Positions 9,601 through 19,237 are shown, counted from the first letter of the stretch. The stretch is 64,000 bases of DNA from Actinomycetota bacterium (GCA_039193795.1 JBCCWI010000005.1:3657-67656); one strand, 5' to 3'. Program-made: numbers and translations. Notes: generated from the letters alone by a model not told the origin.

Positions 9601-10415
9601 CCGGCCGCATCTCGTTCGTGGGCGCCGGTCCGGGCGCCGACGACCTCGTGACCCTGCGCGGCGCGCGGCGTCTCGCTGACGCCGACATCGTGATCTGGGC
9701 CTCGTCGCTGGTACCCGCATCGATGTTGGATCACTGCCGCGAGGACGCCGTTCGGCACGACTCCGCCGTGATGACGCTCGAGGACGTCCTCGCGGTCTTC
9801 GACGCCAACCCGGACGCAGCGATCGTCCGTCTGCACTCGGGCGACCCGAGCGTGTATGGGGCGATCCAGGAGCAGATCGATTGGTGCCACTCCCACGGCC
9901 GAGCGTTCGAGGTCGTCCCCGGCGTCACCTCGGTCGCCGGCGCCGCCGCCGAGATTCGCCGGGAACTGACGATTCCCCAGCGCGGCCAGGCACTCGTCTA
10001 CACCCGGCTCGCCGGCCGCACCAAGGCGTCGATGCGGCCCGGCGAGGACGTGGGTGCGTTCACCCCCAACGGAACGACGATGGCGGTCTTCCTCTCCGGC
10101 GCGAGACCCGACGAGCTGCAGGCCGAACTCCTCCGGGACGGCTCGGCCTACACCGAGGACACGCCGGCCGTCGTCCTCGTTCGGGTCACCTGGCCCGACC
10201 AGCAGATCGTGCACACGACCGTCGGCGAACTCGCCGACGCCATCCGGTCGACCGGGGCGACGATGACCGTGCTCGTCTTGGTGGGTGACGTCCTCGAGGA
10301 CACGCCGGTGTCCGCCCGAAGCCACCTCTACGCCCCCGACTACACGACCGCCTACCGCCTGCGTTCCGTCGACGGCTCGACCCAGGGGCGAGCCAGCAAG
10401 CGGCGGACCAACTGA
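9597..10415 (+). CDS. cobM: Precorrin-4 C11-methyltransferase (CobM/CbiF)
   Basis: FVGAGPGADDL, RLHSGDPSVYGAIQEQ, ELTIP and RSHLY. Confidence 0.93.
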   Translation: MTGRISFVGAGPGADDLVTLRGARRLADADIVIWASSLVPASMLDHCREDAVRHDSAVMTLEDVLAVFDANPDAAIVRLHSGDPSVYGAIQEQIDWCHSHGRAFEVVPGVTSVAGAAAEIRRELTIPQRGQALVYTRLAGRTKASMRPGEDVGAFTPNGTTMAVFLSGARPDELQAELLRDGSAYTEDTPAVVLVRVTWPDQQIVHTTVGELADAIRSTGATMTVLVLVGDVLEDTPVSARSHLYAPDYTTAYRLRSVDGSTQGRASKRRTN

Positions 10416-10419
10416 CGTC

Positions 10420-11520
10420 ATGGGCACCACCGAGCCGGAGCTCTCGCCGGATGTCGCCAATGCGAAGGGGCTTCGCACCGGCTGGACCACGGGAACCTGC
10501 GCGTCCGCAGCCGCGAAAGCAGCGACCCGGTGGCTGGTCGACGGCACAGCACCCGACGAGGTGGAGGTCGCGCTCCCGAGCGGGGAGCGCGTGCGGTTTC
10601 CCACGGCCGACATCGATCCCGCCACCCCCTTCCGGGTCGCGGTGGTGAAAGACGCCGGCGACGACCCCGACTGCACCGACGGCGCCCACATCACGGCGAC
10701 CGTCGAGTGGGCCACCGACGGGATCGATCCGGTGGCCCTTCGGGGCGGCCACGGGGTGGGTCAGGTCACGAAGTCGGGCCTCGGGCTGGAGGTGGGGGGA
10801 CCAGCGATCAACCCGGTGCCGGCCAGGATGATCCGCCAGGCGATCGCCGAGGTGACCGATCGGCCGCTCGTCTGCACCATCTCGGTTCCCGGCGGCGAGC
10901 AGATGGCGGCGAAGACGTCCAACGCCCGGCTCGGTATCGAAGGCGGGATCTCCATCCTCGGCACGACCGGCATCGTCAAGCCGTTCTCCACCGCGAGCTA
11001 CCGAGCGAGCATCGTGCAACAGATCGACGTCGCCGCCGCCCAGGCCGCCGAGGTGGTCGTGCTGGCGACCGGCTCGCGCACCGACGACTGGGCTCAACGC
11101 ACCTGGCCCGACGTGCCACCGGTGGCGTTCGTCGAGGTCGGCGACTTCACCGGCATCGCGCTTCGGCGGGCGGCGGGGGCCGGGATCGGTACGATCCGCT
11201 TCGTCGGTATGGCCGGCAAGATCGCCAAGCTGGCAGCGGGGGTCATGATGACCCACTTCCATCGCAGCAAGGTCGACACCGAGCTCCTCGCCACCGTGGC
11301 CACAGACACGCATGCACCCCCCACGATCGTCGCTGCCGCCACCGAGACGAACACGGCCCGCCACTTCGCCGAACGCTGCATGGACGAAGGGGTACCCGCA
11401 CCGTTGGAACGTCTCTGCGAGCTGGCGGTGGCCAACTGTCGATCCCATGCCGGTGGCGATCTCGAGGTCGAAGTCGTCATGGTCGACTTCGACGGGATCG
11501 AGGAGCTGGCCCGTGCCTGA
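10420..11520 (+). CDS. cbiD: Cobalt-precorrin-5B C1-methyltransferase
   Basis: LRTGWTTGTCA, KDAGDDPDCT, PAINPVP and RLGIEGGISILGTTGIVKPFS. Start placed at ATG 10420. Confidence 0.95.
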   Translation: MGTTEPELSPDVANAKGLRTGWTTGTCASAAAKAATRWLVDGTAPDEVEVALPSGERVRFPTADIDPATPFRVAVVKDAGDDPDCTDGAHITATVEWATDGIDPVALRGGHGVGQVTKSGLGLEVGGPAINPVPARMIRQAIAEVTDRPLVCTISVPGGEQMAAKTSNARLGIEGGISILGTTGIVKPFSTASYRASIVQQIDVAAAQAAEVVVLATGSRTDDWAQRTWPDVPPVAFVEVGDFTGIALRRAAGAGIGTIRFVGMAGKIAKLAAGVMMTHFHRSKVDTELLATVATDTHAPPTIVAAATETNTARHFAERCMDEGVPAPLERLCELAVANCRSHAGGDLEVEVVMVDFDGIEELARA

Positions 11521-12715
11521 CACTGCGCCGATCGCCGTCGTGGGCCTGGTCGGCGGCGCATGGTTCGGCGTCGGCGCCGAGCGGGCGATCCGCGACGCGG
11601 ACGTGGTCGTCGGTGCCCGTCGCCACCTCGACGACCTTGCGGCCGACATCGAAGAACCGACCGAGTCCGTCGAGCTCGCCGGGCCACTCGACCAGCTACT
11701 CGACCTCGTCGCCGAGCGGTTCGCCGCCGGCCAACGCATCACGCTGCTCGCGAGCGGCGATCCCGGGTTCTTCGGGATCGAGCGACTGCTCGTCGGTCGA
11801 TTCGGCGACGCCGTCGACATCCACCCGGCTCCCTCATCGATCGCCCTGGCCTTCGCCCGGGCTCGGCTGCCGTGGGACGACGCCGCCGTCGTCTCCGCCC
11901 ACGGACGCTCCCTCGACCTCGCGCTCCCGCACATCCTCGATGCGCCGAAGGTCGCAGTGCTCGTTTCCGCGTCGACGCCGCCCGAAGCGATCGGCCGCGC
12001 CCTCGTGAGCGCCGGTGCGCCGCACCGCCACGCCATCGTGTGTTCGCGGCTCGGCGATCGAGACGAGACCGTCGTTCGCACGGACCTCGACGGCCTGGCG
12101 GCCGGCACGTTCGATCCGCTGTCGGTCGTGATCCTCACGACCGAGCCTGACCCCGTCGCACCGGAGGCGGCGCTCGAGTGGGGACGCCCGACGTCGGCCT
12201 ACCGACACCGGGCGAGCATGATCACCAAGCCCGAGGTCCGGGCCGCCGCGCTCAGCGCACTCGACCTCTTCGGGGCGGCCGTGATGTGGGATGTCGGCTC
12301 GTCGAGCGGCAGCGTCGCGATCGAAGCGGCCCGCCTCGCCCCGGGGTGTCGTGTATTCGCGATCGAGCGCGAACCCGCCGACGCCGAACGCATCCGTCAG
12401 AACGCAGGGAGGGTGGCCGTGAGTGTCGTCGAGGGCGCGGCGCCCGGGGCCTTCGCCGACCTGCCCGACCCGGATCGGGTGTTCGTGGGTGGCGGCGGCA
12501 TCGACGTCGTCGAGGCCGCCCTCGCGCGGATGCGGCCGAGCGGCATCCTCGCCGCCACGTTCGCCACGATCGACAACGCAGCCGCTGCGTCCCGCCTCGT
12601 CGGGGAGTCCGGTCGGATGGTGCAGATCGCCGTCAACCGAGCCGTGCCGATCGGCCCCGATCGAGCGCTGCGCTTCGAAGCCGACAACCCCGTGTTCCTG
12701 GTGGTGAGCCGATGA
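11513..12715 (+). CDS. cbiE: Precorrin-6Y C5,15-methyltransferase (CbiE-CbiT fusion, CobL-like)
   Basis: LLASGDPGFFGI, VVSAHGR, MITKPEVR, WDVGSSSGSVAIE and PDRVFVGGG. GTG start at 11513. Confidence 0.92.
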   Translation: MPDTAPIAVVGLVGGAWFGVGAERAIRDADVVVGARRHLDDLAADIEEPTESVELAGPLDQLLDLVAERFAAGQRITLLASGDPGFFGIERLLVGRFGDAVDIHPAPSSIALAFARARLPWDDAAVVSAHGRSLDLALPHILDAPKVAVLVSASTPPEAIGRALVSAGAPHRHAIVCSRLGDRDETVVRTDLDGLAAGTFDPLSVVILTTEPDPVAPEAALEWGRPTSAYRHRASMITKPEVRAAALSALDLFGAAVMWDVGSSSGSVAIEAARLAPGCRVFAIEREPADAERIRQNAGRVAVSVVEGAAPGAFADLPDPDRVFVGGGGIDVVEAALARMRPSGILAATFATIDNAAAASRLVGESGRMVQIAVNRAVPIGPDRALRFEADNPVFLVVSR

Positions 12716-14370
12716 CCGACACCATCGTGAGCGTCTCGATCACCGACGCGGGTCGACGCATCGCCCACCAGCTGCCGTTCGAGCACAGCCACGGCGATCT
12801 CGGCGAAACGGTCCGAGCCCGGTGGAACGACGTCGACGGGCTCGTTCTCGTCGCGGCCACCGGGATCGCCGTCCGGGTGATCGCCCCCTTGCTCACCGAC
12901 AAGGACGACGGGCCCTTCGTCGTCGCGGTCGACGACACGGGACGTTTCGCCGTGCCGCTCTGCGGTGGACACCGCGGCGCAAACGACACCGCCGAGCAGA
13001 TCGCCTCCCTCATCCAGGCCGAGGCCGTGATCACGACCGCGACCGACCGCCACGCGGTCGTCGCGCTCGACACCCTTCCTGGTGTCACGACCCACGGCGA
13101 CGTCGCGGCGGTCACGCGCGCGATCCTCGACGGCGAGCCGGTCGAGATCGACAACCCGCTCGGTTGGCCACTCCCCGACGCGCTCCCGGAATCCACGCCT
13201 GGCGCGCCCTGTCGGATCACGGTCACCGACCTCGCTCGCGATCCGGCGCCGGGCGAGGTGGTCCTCCATCCTCCGAGCCTCGTCCTCGGCGTCGGCGCCG
13301 CTTCGAACGCGGCCAGCGACGCTGCGTCGGCGCTGGTCGCCGACGCGATGGCCGAGCATGGTCTGGCCGAAGCATCGGTCGCGATGGTCGCCACGATCGA
13401 CCGACGCGAGGCCGACCCGGTCATCACGTCGCTCGGGCACCCGATCGTCTCCTTCCGCAACACCGATCTGTCCGATGTGGCCGTCCCGAACCCGAGCGAG
13501 GTGGTGCGGGCCGAGGTCGGCACCGCATCGGTGGCCGAGGCGGCCGCGCTGCTGGCCGCAGGGCCCGGCGCCGAGCTCGTGAGCGAGAAGCGCAAAGGGC
13601 CCGAAGCCACCCTTGCGATCGCTCGACGCCGTCGCCCGCTCGGCGAGGTCCGGGTCGTCGGGCTCGGCCCAGGGCACGCGCGACATCGCACGGCCGAGGC
13701 CGTCACTGCGATCCGGTCGGCCGATGTGGCGATCGGTTACCGCCTCTACGTCGATCAGTGCGAGGACCTCCTCTCACCGCGCCAGCGCATCATCCGCAGC
13801 CCGATCGGTGCCGAGGTCGACCGGTGCACCGAGGCCGTCCAACTCGCCAGCGAGGGGGCGACCGTGGCACTGGTGTGTTCGGGGGACTCCGGGGTGTTCG
13901 CCATGGCGACGCTGGCCCTGGAAGTGGCGCCGCGGCTCGGGAACCCGCCGATCCACGTCGTCGCCGGCGTGACGGCGAGCCTCGCCGCCGCGTCGATCCT
14001 CGGTGCGCCCCTCGCCCACGACCATGCCCTCATCAGCCTGTCGGATCTCATGACCCCGTGGCCGCTGATCGAGCGCCGGGTCCAAGCGATCGCCGAAGCC
14101 GACATGGCGGTGGCCTTCTACAACCCCCGGTCGCAGCGTCGCACCGAGCAGCTCGTTCGCGCCCACGAGATCCTGCTCCAGCACCGTCCGGACACGACGC
14201 CCGTGGGCGTGGTGGTCAACGCGACCCGCCCCACCGAGTCGGTGATGATCACCACCCTCGCCGACTTCGATCCGGCGAGCGTCGACATGTTCTCCATCGT
14301 GATCGTCGGCTCGTCCACCACCGAGATGCTCAACGGAAGGATGGTGACACCCCGTGGCTACGAATCGTGA
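12712..14370 (+). CDS. cobJ: CbiG-CobJ(CbiH) fusion: cobalt-precorrin-5A hydrolase plus precorrin-3B C17-methyltransferase
   Basis: CbiG motifs (GIAVRVIAP, GGHRGAN, VITTATD, SVAEAAAL) followed by VVGLGPG, SGDSGVFAMA, ISLSDLMTPW, YNPRSQRR and MVTPRGY. Confidence 0.93.
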   Translation: MTDTIVSVSITDAGRRIAHQLPFEHSHGDLGETVRARWNDVDGLVLVAATGIAVRVIAPLLTDKDDGPFVVAVDDTGRFAVPLCGGHRGANDTAEQIASLIQAEAVITTATDRHAVVALDTLPGVTTHGDVAAVTRAILDGEPVEIDNPLGWPLPDALPESTPGAPCRITVTDLARDPAPGEVVLHPPSLVLGVGAASNAASDAASALVADAMAEHGLAEASVAMVATIDRREADPVITSLGHPIVSFRNTDLSDVAVPNPSEVVRAEVGTASVAEAAALLAAGPGAELVSEKRKGPEATLAIARRRRPLGEVRVVGLGPGHARHRTAEAVTAIRSADVAIGYRLYVDQCEDLLSPRQRIIRSPIGAEVDRCTEAVQLASEGATVALVCSGDSGVFAMATLALEVAPRLGNPPIHVVAGVTASLAAASILGAPLAHDHALISLSDLMTPWPLIERRVQAIAEADMAVAFYNPRSQRRTEQLVRAHEILLQHRPDTTPVGVVVNATRPTESVMITTLADFDPASVDMFSIVIVGSSTTEMLNGRMVTPRGYES

Positions 14371-14578
14371 CCTCGTCGGTCCCACCACGGTCCGCATCGA
14401 CGACCGCTGCACCGCCTGCGGCAGCTGCCTGATCACCTGTGCGCCGCGAGCCCTCGTCCGAGCGCCGAAAAAGCCGCTGGTGATCGACGACCGGTGCACC
14501 GCCTGCGGAGCCTGCGTCGAGATCTGCCCGGTCGGCGCCATCGACGAGTTCGCCCTCGTGCCGAGAGGACGGGCGTGA
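14354..14578 (+). CDS. 2x[4Fe-4S] ferredoxin
   Basis: Two CxxCxxCxxxC motifs (CTACGSCLITC and CTACGACVEICP). Confidence 0.9.
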   Translation: MATNRDLVGPTTVRIDDRCTACGSCLITCAPRALVRAPKKPLVIDDRCTACGACVEICPVGAIDEFALVPRGRA

Positions 14579-15183
14579 GCGAGATCCACCCCATCGAGGT
14601 CGAGAGCTACCGGATCCTCGCCGAACGCGTGGACCTCTCGCACCGGACGCCGATCGATCGCTCGATCATCGAGCGAATGATCCACGCCACGGCCGATCTG
14701 TCGTTCGCCGACACCGCCCGCATCGGCGCCGGTGCGGGTGATGCACTGGTGACGGCCGTGATCTCCGGCGCGCCGGTCATCGTGGACGCGGCGATGGTCG
14801 CGGCCGGCATCACCCGCCACCCGACCCGCTGCTACCTGCCCGAGGTACCGGTGGCGCCCGAGGGCTCGACCCGCAGCGCAGCGGCCTTCCGACTGGCGGC
14901 CGAGGCGCACCCGTCGGGTGCGGTCTTCGTGTGCGGCAACGCGCCGACCGCGCTGTTCGAGCTGCTCCGTCTCCACGAGGCCGGGATGGTCGAGCCCGCC
15001 GCGGTCGTCGGGCTTCCGGTCGGATTCGTCGGTGCCAAGGAATCCAAGGCGGCGCTGTGGGCGAGCTCGCTCGCTGCCATCAGCGTCACCAATGAGGGAG
15101 AACGGGGCGGCAGCCCGGCCGCAGCAGGGGCATTCAACGCTGCGGTCCGTCACGCCGCTCGAGCTGGGGAGGAGTCGCCATGA
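14575..15183 (+). CDS. cobH: Precorrin-8X methylmutase (CobH/CbiC)
   Basis: HPIEVESYRI, RMIHATAD, TRSAAA, GNAPTALF, GLPVGFVGAKESK and GGSPAAA. GTG start at 14575. Confidence 0.94.
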   Translation: MSEIHPIEVESYRILAERVDLSHRTPIDRSIIERMIHATADLSFADTARIGAGAGDALVTAVISGAPVIVDAAMVAAGITRHPTRCYLPEVPVAPEGSTRSAAAFRLAAEAHPSGAVFVCGNAPTALFELLRLHEAGMVEPAAVVGLPVGFVGAKESKAALWASSLAAISVTNEGERGGSPAAAGAFNAAVRHAARAGEESP

Positions 15184-15911
15184 CCGTGTACCTCGTGGGC
15201 GCGGGCCCGGGCGATCCCGGGCTCATCACCGTGAAGGGTGCCGGGTTGCTCGCACGCGCCGACGTCGTCGTTCACGACCGGCTCGTCGGCCCCGATGTGC
15301 TCTCGCTCGCTCCGGGTGGCTGTGAACTGATCAGCGCCGCGAAGGAACCACGCCGACCCACCATGACGCAGGAGGAGATCAACGATCTGCTCGTCGAACG
15401 GGGCCGGCGCGGGCAATGTGTTGTGCGCCTCAAGGGCGGCGACCCCTGCATCTTCGCCCGCGGGGGCGAGGAGGCGGCTGCGTTGGCGGCGGCCGGCATC
15501 GACTTCGAGATCGTGCCTGGCATCACGTCGGCGATCGCCGCACCCGCCTACGCCGGCATCCCCGTGACGCTGCGCCACGAGGCACTGTCGGTCACCTTCG
15601 TCACCGGCCACGAGGACCCCCTCAGCGGACAGACGGTCGATTGGGATGCGATCGCAGCGACCAACGGAACGATCGTCGTGCTCATGGGGGCCGGCCGCGC
15701 ACGACAGATCGCAGACCGGCTGGAGGCCGCCGGGCTCACGCGGCACACACCGGCCGCATGGGTCCACTGGGGCACCTATGACCACCAGGAGGTCTGGCGT
15801 GGGTCGCTCGCCGATCTCGGGCGCGAACCGATCCCGTCCCCGGCGGTGCTCGTGATCGGTTCGGTCGCCGCCGTCGACGTGTCCTGGTTCGCGGGCCTCG
15901 CGGGCGGCTGA
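15180..15911 (+). CDS. cobA: Uroporphyrinogen-III C-methyltransferase
   Basis: VYLVGAGPGDPGLIT, VRLKGGDP, PGITSA and YAGIPVT. Confidence 0.94.
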   Translation: MTVYLVGAGPGDPGLITVKGAGLLARADVVVHDRLVGPDVLSLAPGGCELISAAKEPRRPTMTQEEINDLLVERGRRGQCVVRLKGGDPCIFARGGEEAAALAAAGIDFEIVPGITSAIAAPAYAGIPVTLRHEALSVTFVTGHEDPLSGQTVDWDAIAATNGTIVVLMGAGRARQIADRLEAAGLTRHTPAAWVHWGTYDHQEVWRGSLADLGREPIPSPAVLVIGSVAAVDVSWFAGLAGG

Positions 15912-15928
15912 CGCCGCCGAACGGACCA

Positions 15929-15960
15929 CGCTCCGAGATTCCTGGAGAAATCTCCGAGCG
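15929..15960 (+). terminator. Stem-loop after the cob operon
   Basis: CGCTC-C-GAGATT pairs with AATCTC-C-GAGCG; there is no U-tract. Confidence 0.4.
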
Positions 15961-15963
15961 GGC

Positions 15964-15989
15964 TGTCGAATCCGCCGTCGACGTGCGTC
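15964..15989 (+). promoter_or_regulatory. ECF42-type promoter TGTCGA-N16-CGTC
   Basis: Matches the ECF42 consensus as I recall it (-35 TGTCGA, -10 CG[A/T]C) and lies upstream of the SRPBCC-YciI-ECF operon. Confidence 0.65.
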
Positions 15990-16046
15990 ATCGCAGGTGA
16001 CAACGGCCCCACGCACTCGTCGGGCCCCGACACCGGAGGGAATCCG

Positions 16047-16508
16047 ATGACCAGACCACAGCCCGTCAACGTGACCGTCGAAGCGACGATCCCGGCGCCG
16101 CCCGAGGCGGTCTACGACCTCGTCGCCGACATCACCCGCATGGGTGAGTGGAGCCCCGAGACGACCGACGCCGACTGGATCAAGGGCGCGACCGGCGCCG
16201 TCGAGGGGGCCCGATTCAAGGGCACCAACCGGCTCGGCCGTGCCAGCTGGTCCACCAAGCCGACGATCACCGAAGCGCGACGGGGCGCCGCGTTCGCATT
16301 CAAGGTGCCCGGCAAGTCCGGCCCGACGTGGCGCTACGACTTCGAGGCGGTCGCCGGCGGTACCCGAGTGATCGAGTCCGTCCGGCAGGCGGCGCCGTCA
16401 CCGGCCATCATCAGGTTGATCCAACGCCGCAACGGCGTCACCGACCGATCCGCCCACCTCGCCGACGGCATGCGCACGACCTTGGTCAACCTCGCCGCCG
16501 CCGTCTGA
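16047..16508 (+). CDS. SRPBCC family protein
   Basis: VEATIPAPPEAVYDLVADITRMGEWSPE; GGAGG RBS. Confidence 0.88.
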   Translation: MTRPQPVNVTVEATIPAPPEAVYDLVADITRMGEWSPETTDADWIKGATGAVEGARFKGTNRLGRASWSTKPTITEARRGAAFAFKVPGKSGPTWRYDFEAVAGGTRVIESVRQAAPSPAIIRLIQRRNGVTDRSAHLADGMRTTLVNLAAAV

Positions 16509-16559
16509 CCGCCCCGACCCGAACGCAAACCCACCACACGATCTTCAGGAGACCGAACC

Positions 16560-16928
16560 ATGCAGTACATGATCTTCCACTACAGCGACGAGACCGCCCA
16601 CGCCGACATCGAGCCGGGCACGCCCGAGTTCGCGGAGATGATGGGCAAGTGGATGGCGCTCAACCAGAGCCTCATCGAAGCCGGCCACTTCGTCGGGGGC
16701 GCCAGCCTCGTCGACTCCAGCGCCGCCACCATGCTGACCAAGCAGACCGACGGCGGGGAGTCGATCACCGACGGCCCCTACGCCGACACGAAGGAGCAGA
16801 TCGGCGGCTTCTACATCGTCGATGTCCCCGACCTCGACACCGCCCTCGAGATCGCCCGCCGGATCCCCATCCCGGTCGGCCGCTTCGAGATCCGTCCCGT
16901 CGCCTTCAACCCGTCGACCGACCTCTGA
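16560..16928 (+). CDS. YciI/DGPF family protein
   Basis: TDGPYADTKEQIGGFYIVD and EIRP. Confidence 0.92.
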   Translation: MQYMIFHYSDETAHADIEPGTPEFAEMMGKWMALNQSLIEAGHFVGGASLVDSSAATMLTKQTDGGESITDGPYADTKEQIGGFYIVDVPDLDTALEIARRIPIPVGRFEIRPVAFNPSTDL

Positions 16929-18196
16929 GCACCGACGTCGACGCTGCGCTCACGCACCTGGCCCGGCAGGACTCGGGCCGGGTGCTCGCGCTGCTCGCCC
17001 GCCGATTCGACGACCTCGACCTGGCCGATGAGGCGGTGCAGGACGCCCTCGAACGGGCGGCGGCCCGGTGGCCACGCGACGGGATCCCCGACAACCCCGG
17101 CGGCTGGTTGATGACGGTCGCCCGGAATCGGGCGATCGACCTGCTCCGTCGACGCAGCGCACGGGAGCGGGCCGCCAGCGCACTCGCCGATCTCCCACCC
17201 GACGACGACCCGACCCCCTCCGACGACATGCCCCCCTTCGATCTCGACGCCGCCCCCGACGAGCGCCTTCGCCTCCTCTTGCTGTGCTGTCATCCCGCGC
17301 TCGGCCAGGACGCCCAGGTCGCGCTCACCTTGCGACTCGTCGCCGGTGTCACGACCGAGGAGATCGCGAGCGCATACCTCGTCCCCACCCCGACGATCGC
17401 CGCCCGCATCACCCGGGCCAAGAAGAAGATCCGGGTGGCCGGCATCCCGATGTCGCTCCCCGACGAACTGGAGCCCCGGCTGGGCGCGGTCCTGCGGATC
17501 GTCTACCTGATGTTCAACGAGGGCTACCTCTCCCGGTCCGGGACGCAGGGCCCGACCCGGGTCGACCTGTGCGAAGAGGCGATCCGTCTCAGCGACGTCG
17601 TGGTCTCGCTCCGCCCCGACGACCCCGAGGTCCTGGCGCTCCGAGCACTCATGGGATTCACCCACGCCCGAAGAGACGCTCGATTCGACGGGGATCACCT
17701 CGTCACCCTCGACGAACAGGACCGCAGCCGGTGGCACCGTGACGAGATCTCGGCCGCGTCTCGGCTGATCGCCGACGCGATGGGTCACAACCGGCCCGGG
17801 CCCTTCCAGTTCCAAGCGCTCATCGCCCTCCACCACACCCATCCCGCCGACGCGGACGCCATCGACTGGCCGATGATCGTGAAGCTCTACGACCAGTACG
17901 CAGCGTTCGACCCGTCGCCGATCGTGCGGCTCAACCGCGCGGCCGCGGTCGGCCAGGCGGATGGCCCGGACGCCGGGCTCGCCGCCCTCCGCTCCGTCGA
18001 CGGACTCGACGACTACCACCTCTACTGGGCGACGCTCGCCGACTTCTCAGCCCGCTCGGGCCGCACGGCCGAAGCGATCGAGGCCTACGACCGAGCACTC
18101 CAACTCACCGACAACCCGGCGGAGCGAGCCCACCTGATCGAACGCCGTCGGGTCGTGTCCGACGGGGGCGAACTCGGGACGGTCGACCCGGCGTAG
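16925..18196 (+). CDS. ECF sigma factor with C-terminal TPR extension (ECF42-like)
   Basis: DLADEAVQDAL, WLMTVARNRAID, CCHPAL, RITRAKKKI, YLMFNEGY, LDEQDRSRW and LNRAAAV; directly downstream of a YciI gene. Start is uncertain (CTG 16925 or GTG 16982). Confidence 0.9.
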   Translation: MSTDVDAALTHLARQDSGRVLALLARRFDDLDLADEAVQDALERAAARWPRDGIPDNPGGWLMTVARNRAIDLLRRRSARERAASALADLPPDDDPTPSDDMPPFDLDAAPDERLRLLLLCCHPALGQDAQVALTLRLVAGVTTEEIASAYLVPTPTIAARITRAKKKIRVAGIPMSLPDELEPRLGAVLRIVYLMFNEGYLSRSGTQGPTRVDLCEEAIRLSDVVVSLRPDDPEVLALRALMGFTHARRDARFDGDHLVTLDEQDRSRWHRDEISAASRLIADAMGHNRPGPFQFQALIALHHTHPADADAIDWPMIVKLYDQYAAFDPSPIVRLNRAAAVGQADGPDAGLAALRSVDGLDDYHLYWATLADFSARSGRTAEAIEAYDRALQLTDNPAERAHLIERRRVVSDGGELGTVDPA

Positions 18197-18205
18197 GATC
18201 CGAGC

Positions 18206-19225
18206 GTGATCGATCTCCGCTCTGACACCGTCACCCAACCGACCGCCGCGATGAAGCAGGCCATGGTCGACGCCCCCCTCGGCGACGACGTGTTCGGCGA
18301 CGACCCGACGGTGCATCGCCTCGAAGCGATGGTGGCCGAGCGGCTCGGCAAGGAGGCCGCGGTCTTCGTCACGAGCGGCACCCAATCGAACCTGCTCGCC
18401 TTGCTCGCCCACTGCGGGCGAGGCGATGAGTACATCGTCGGCGATCAGGCCCATTGCTACCGGTGGGAGGGCGGCGGCGCAGCGGTGCTCGGCAGCATCC
18501 AGCCCCAGGTCGTCCCCATGCTCGCCGACGGGCTCCCCGACCCGGTCGCGATCGCCGCGTCGGTCAAGCCCGATGATCCGCACTTCGCCCGCACCAAGGT
18601 CGTGTGCGTGGAGAACACCAAGGACGGCATCGTCCAGTCGATCGCCCGCATGGAGGAGGCGACCTCGGTCGCCCGTGCCCACGGGCTCGCCACCCACCTC
18701 GATGGCGCCCGCATGTGGAACGCGGTCGTGGCGCTTGGCGTCGACGGGGCCGCCTTCACTGCGCCGTTCGACACCGTGTCGCTGTGCCTGTCCAAGGGGC
18801 TCGGCGCACCGATGGGGTCGGTGCTGAGCGGTCCGGCCGACCTGATCGCCGAGGCTCGCAAGTGGCGCAAGATGGTGGGGGGTGGACTTCGCCAGGTCGG
18901 CATCGTCGCCGCGGCCGGCATCCACGCGATGGAGCACCACATCGACCGTCTCGCCGACGATCACGCGAACGCCGAAGCGCTCGCCGACGCGCTCGGCGCG
19001 ATCGACGGGGTCGAGATCACGGCCCGCAACACCAACATGGTGTTCTGCACCGCCGGCTCGGCCGACCCCGCTGCGCTCACCGAGGCGATGAGGGCCGACG
19101 GGGTGCTCGGCCGCTGGTACCGCAACGCCGACGGCGTCACCGAGACCCGTATGGTCACCCACCTCGACATCGCAGCGGGCGATGTCGCGACGGTCGCAGC
19201 CACCGTCGCCGACGCCGTCAGCTGA
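18206..19225 (+). CDS. ltaE: Low-specificity L-threonine aldolase
   Basis: IDLRSDTVT, GDDVFGDDPTV, SGTQSN, HLDGAR and CLSKGLGAP. Confidence 0.94.
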   Translation: MIDLRSDTVTQPTAAMKQAMVDAPLGDDVFGDDPTVHRLEAMVAERLGKEAAVFVTSGTQSNLLALLAHCGRGDEYIVGDQAHCYRWEGGGAAVLGSIQPQVVPMLADGLPDPVAIAASVKPDDPHFARTKVVCVENTKDGIVQSIARMEEATSVARAHGLATHLDGARMWNAVVALGVDGAAFTAPFDTVSLCLSKGLGAPMGSVLSGPADLIAEARKWRKMVGGGLRQVGIVAAAGIHAMEHHIDRLADDHANAEALADALGAIDGVEITARNTNMVFCTAGSADPAALTEAMRADGVLGRWYRNADGVTETRMVTHLDIAAGDVATVAATVADAVS

Positions 19226-19237
19226 CCCGGCGCCCGC

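Noticed and set aside
12178-14370. Long N-terminal extensions in track ORFs (also 16148, 49077, 58023, 32661..34010)
   Set aside because: Arg-rich off-frame sequence overlapping upstream genes; internal starts fit better.
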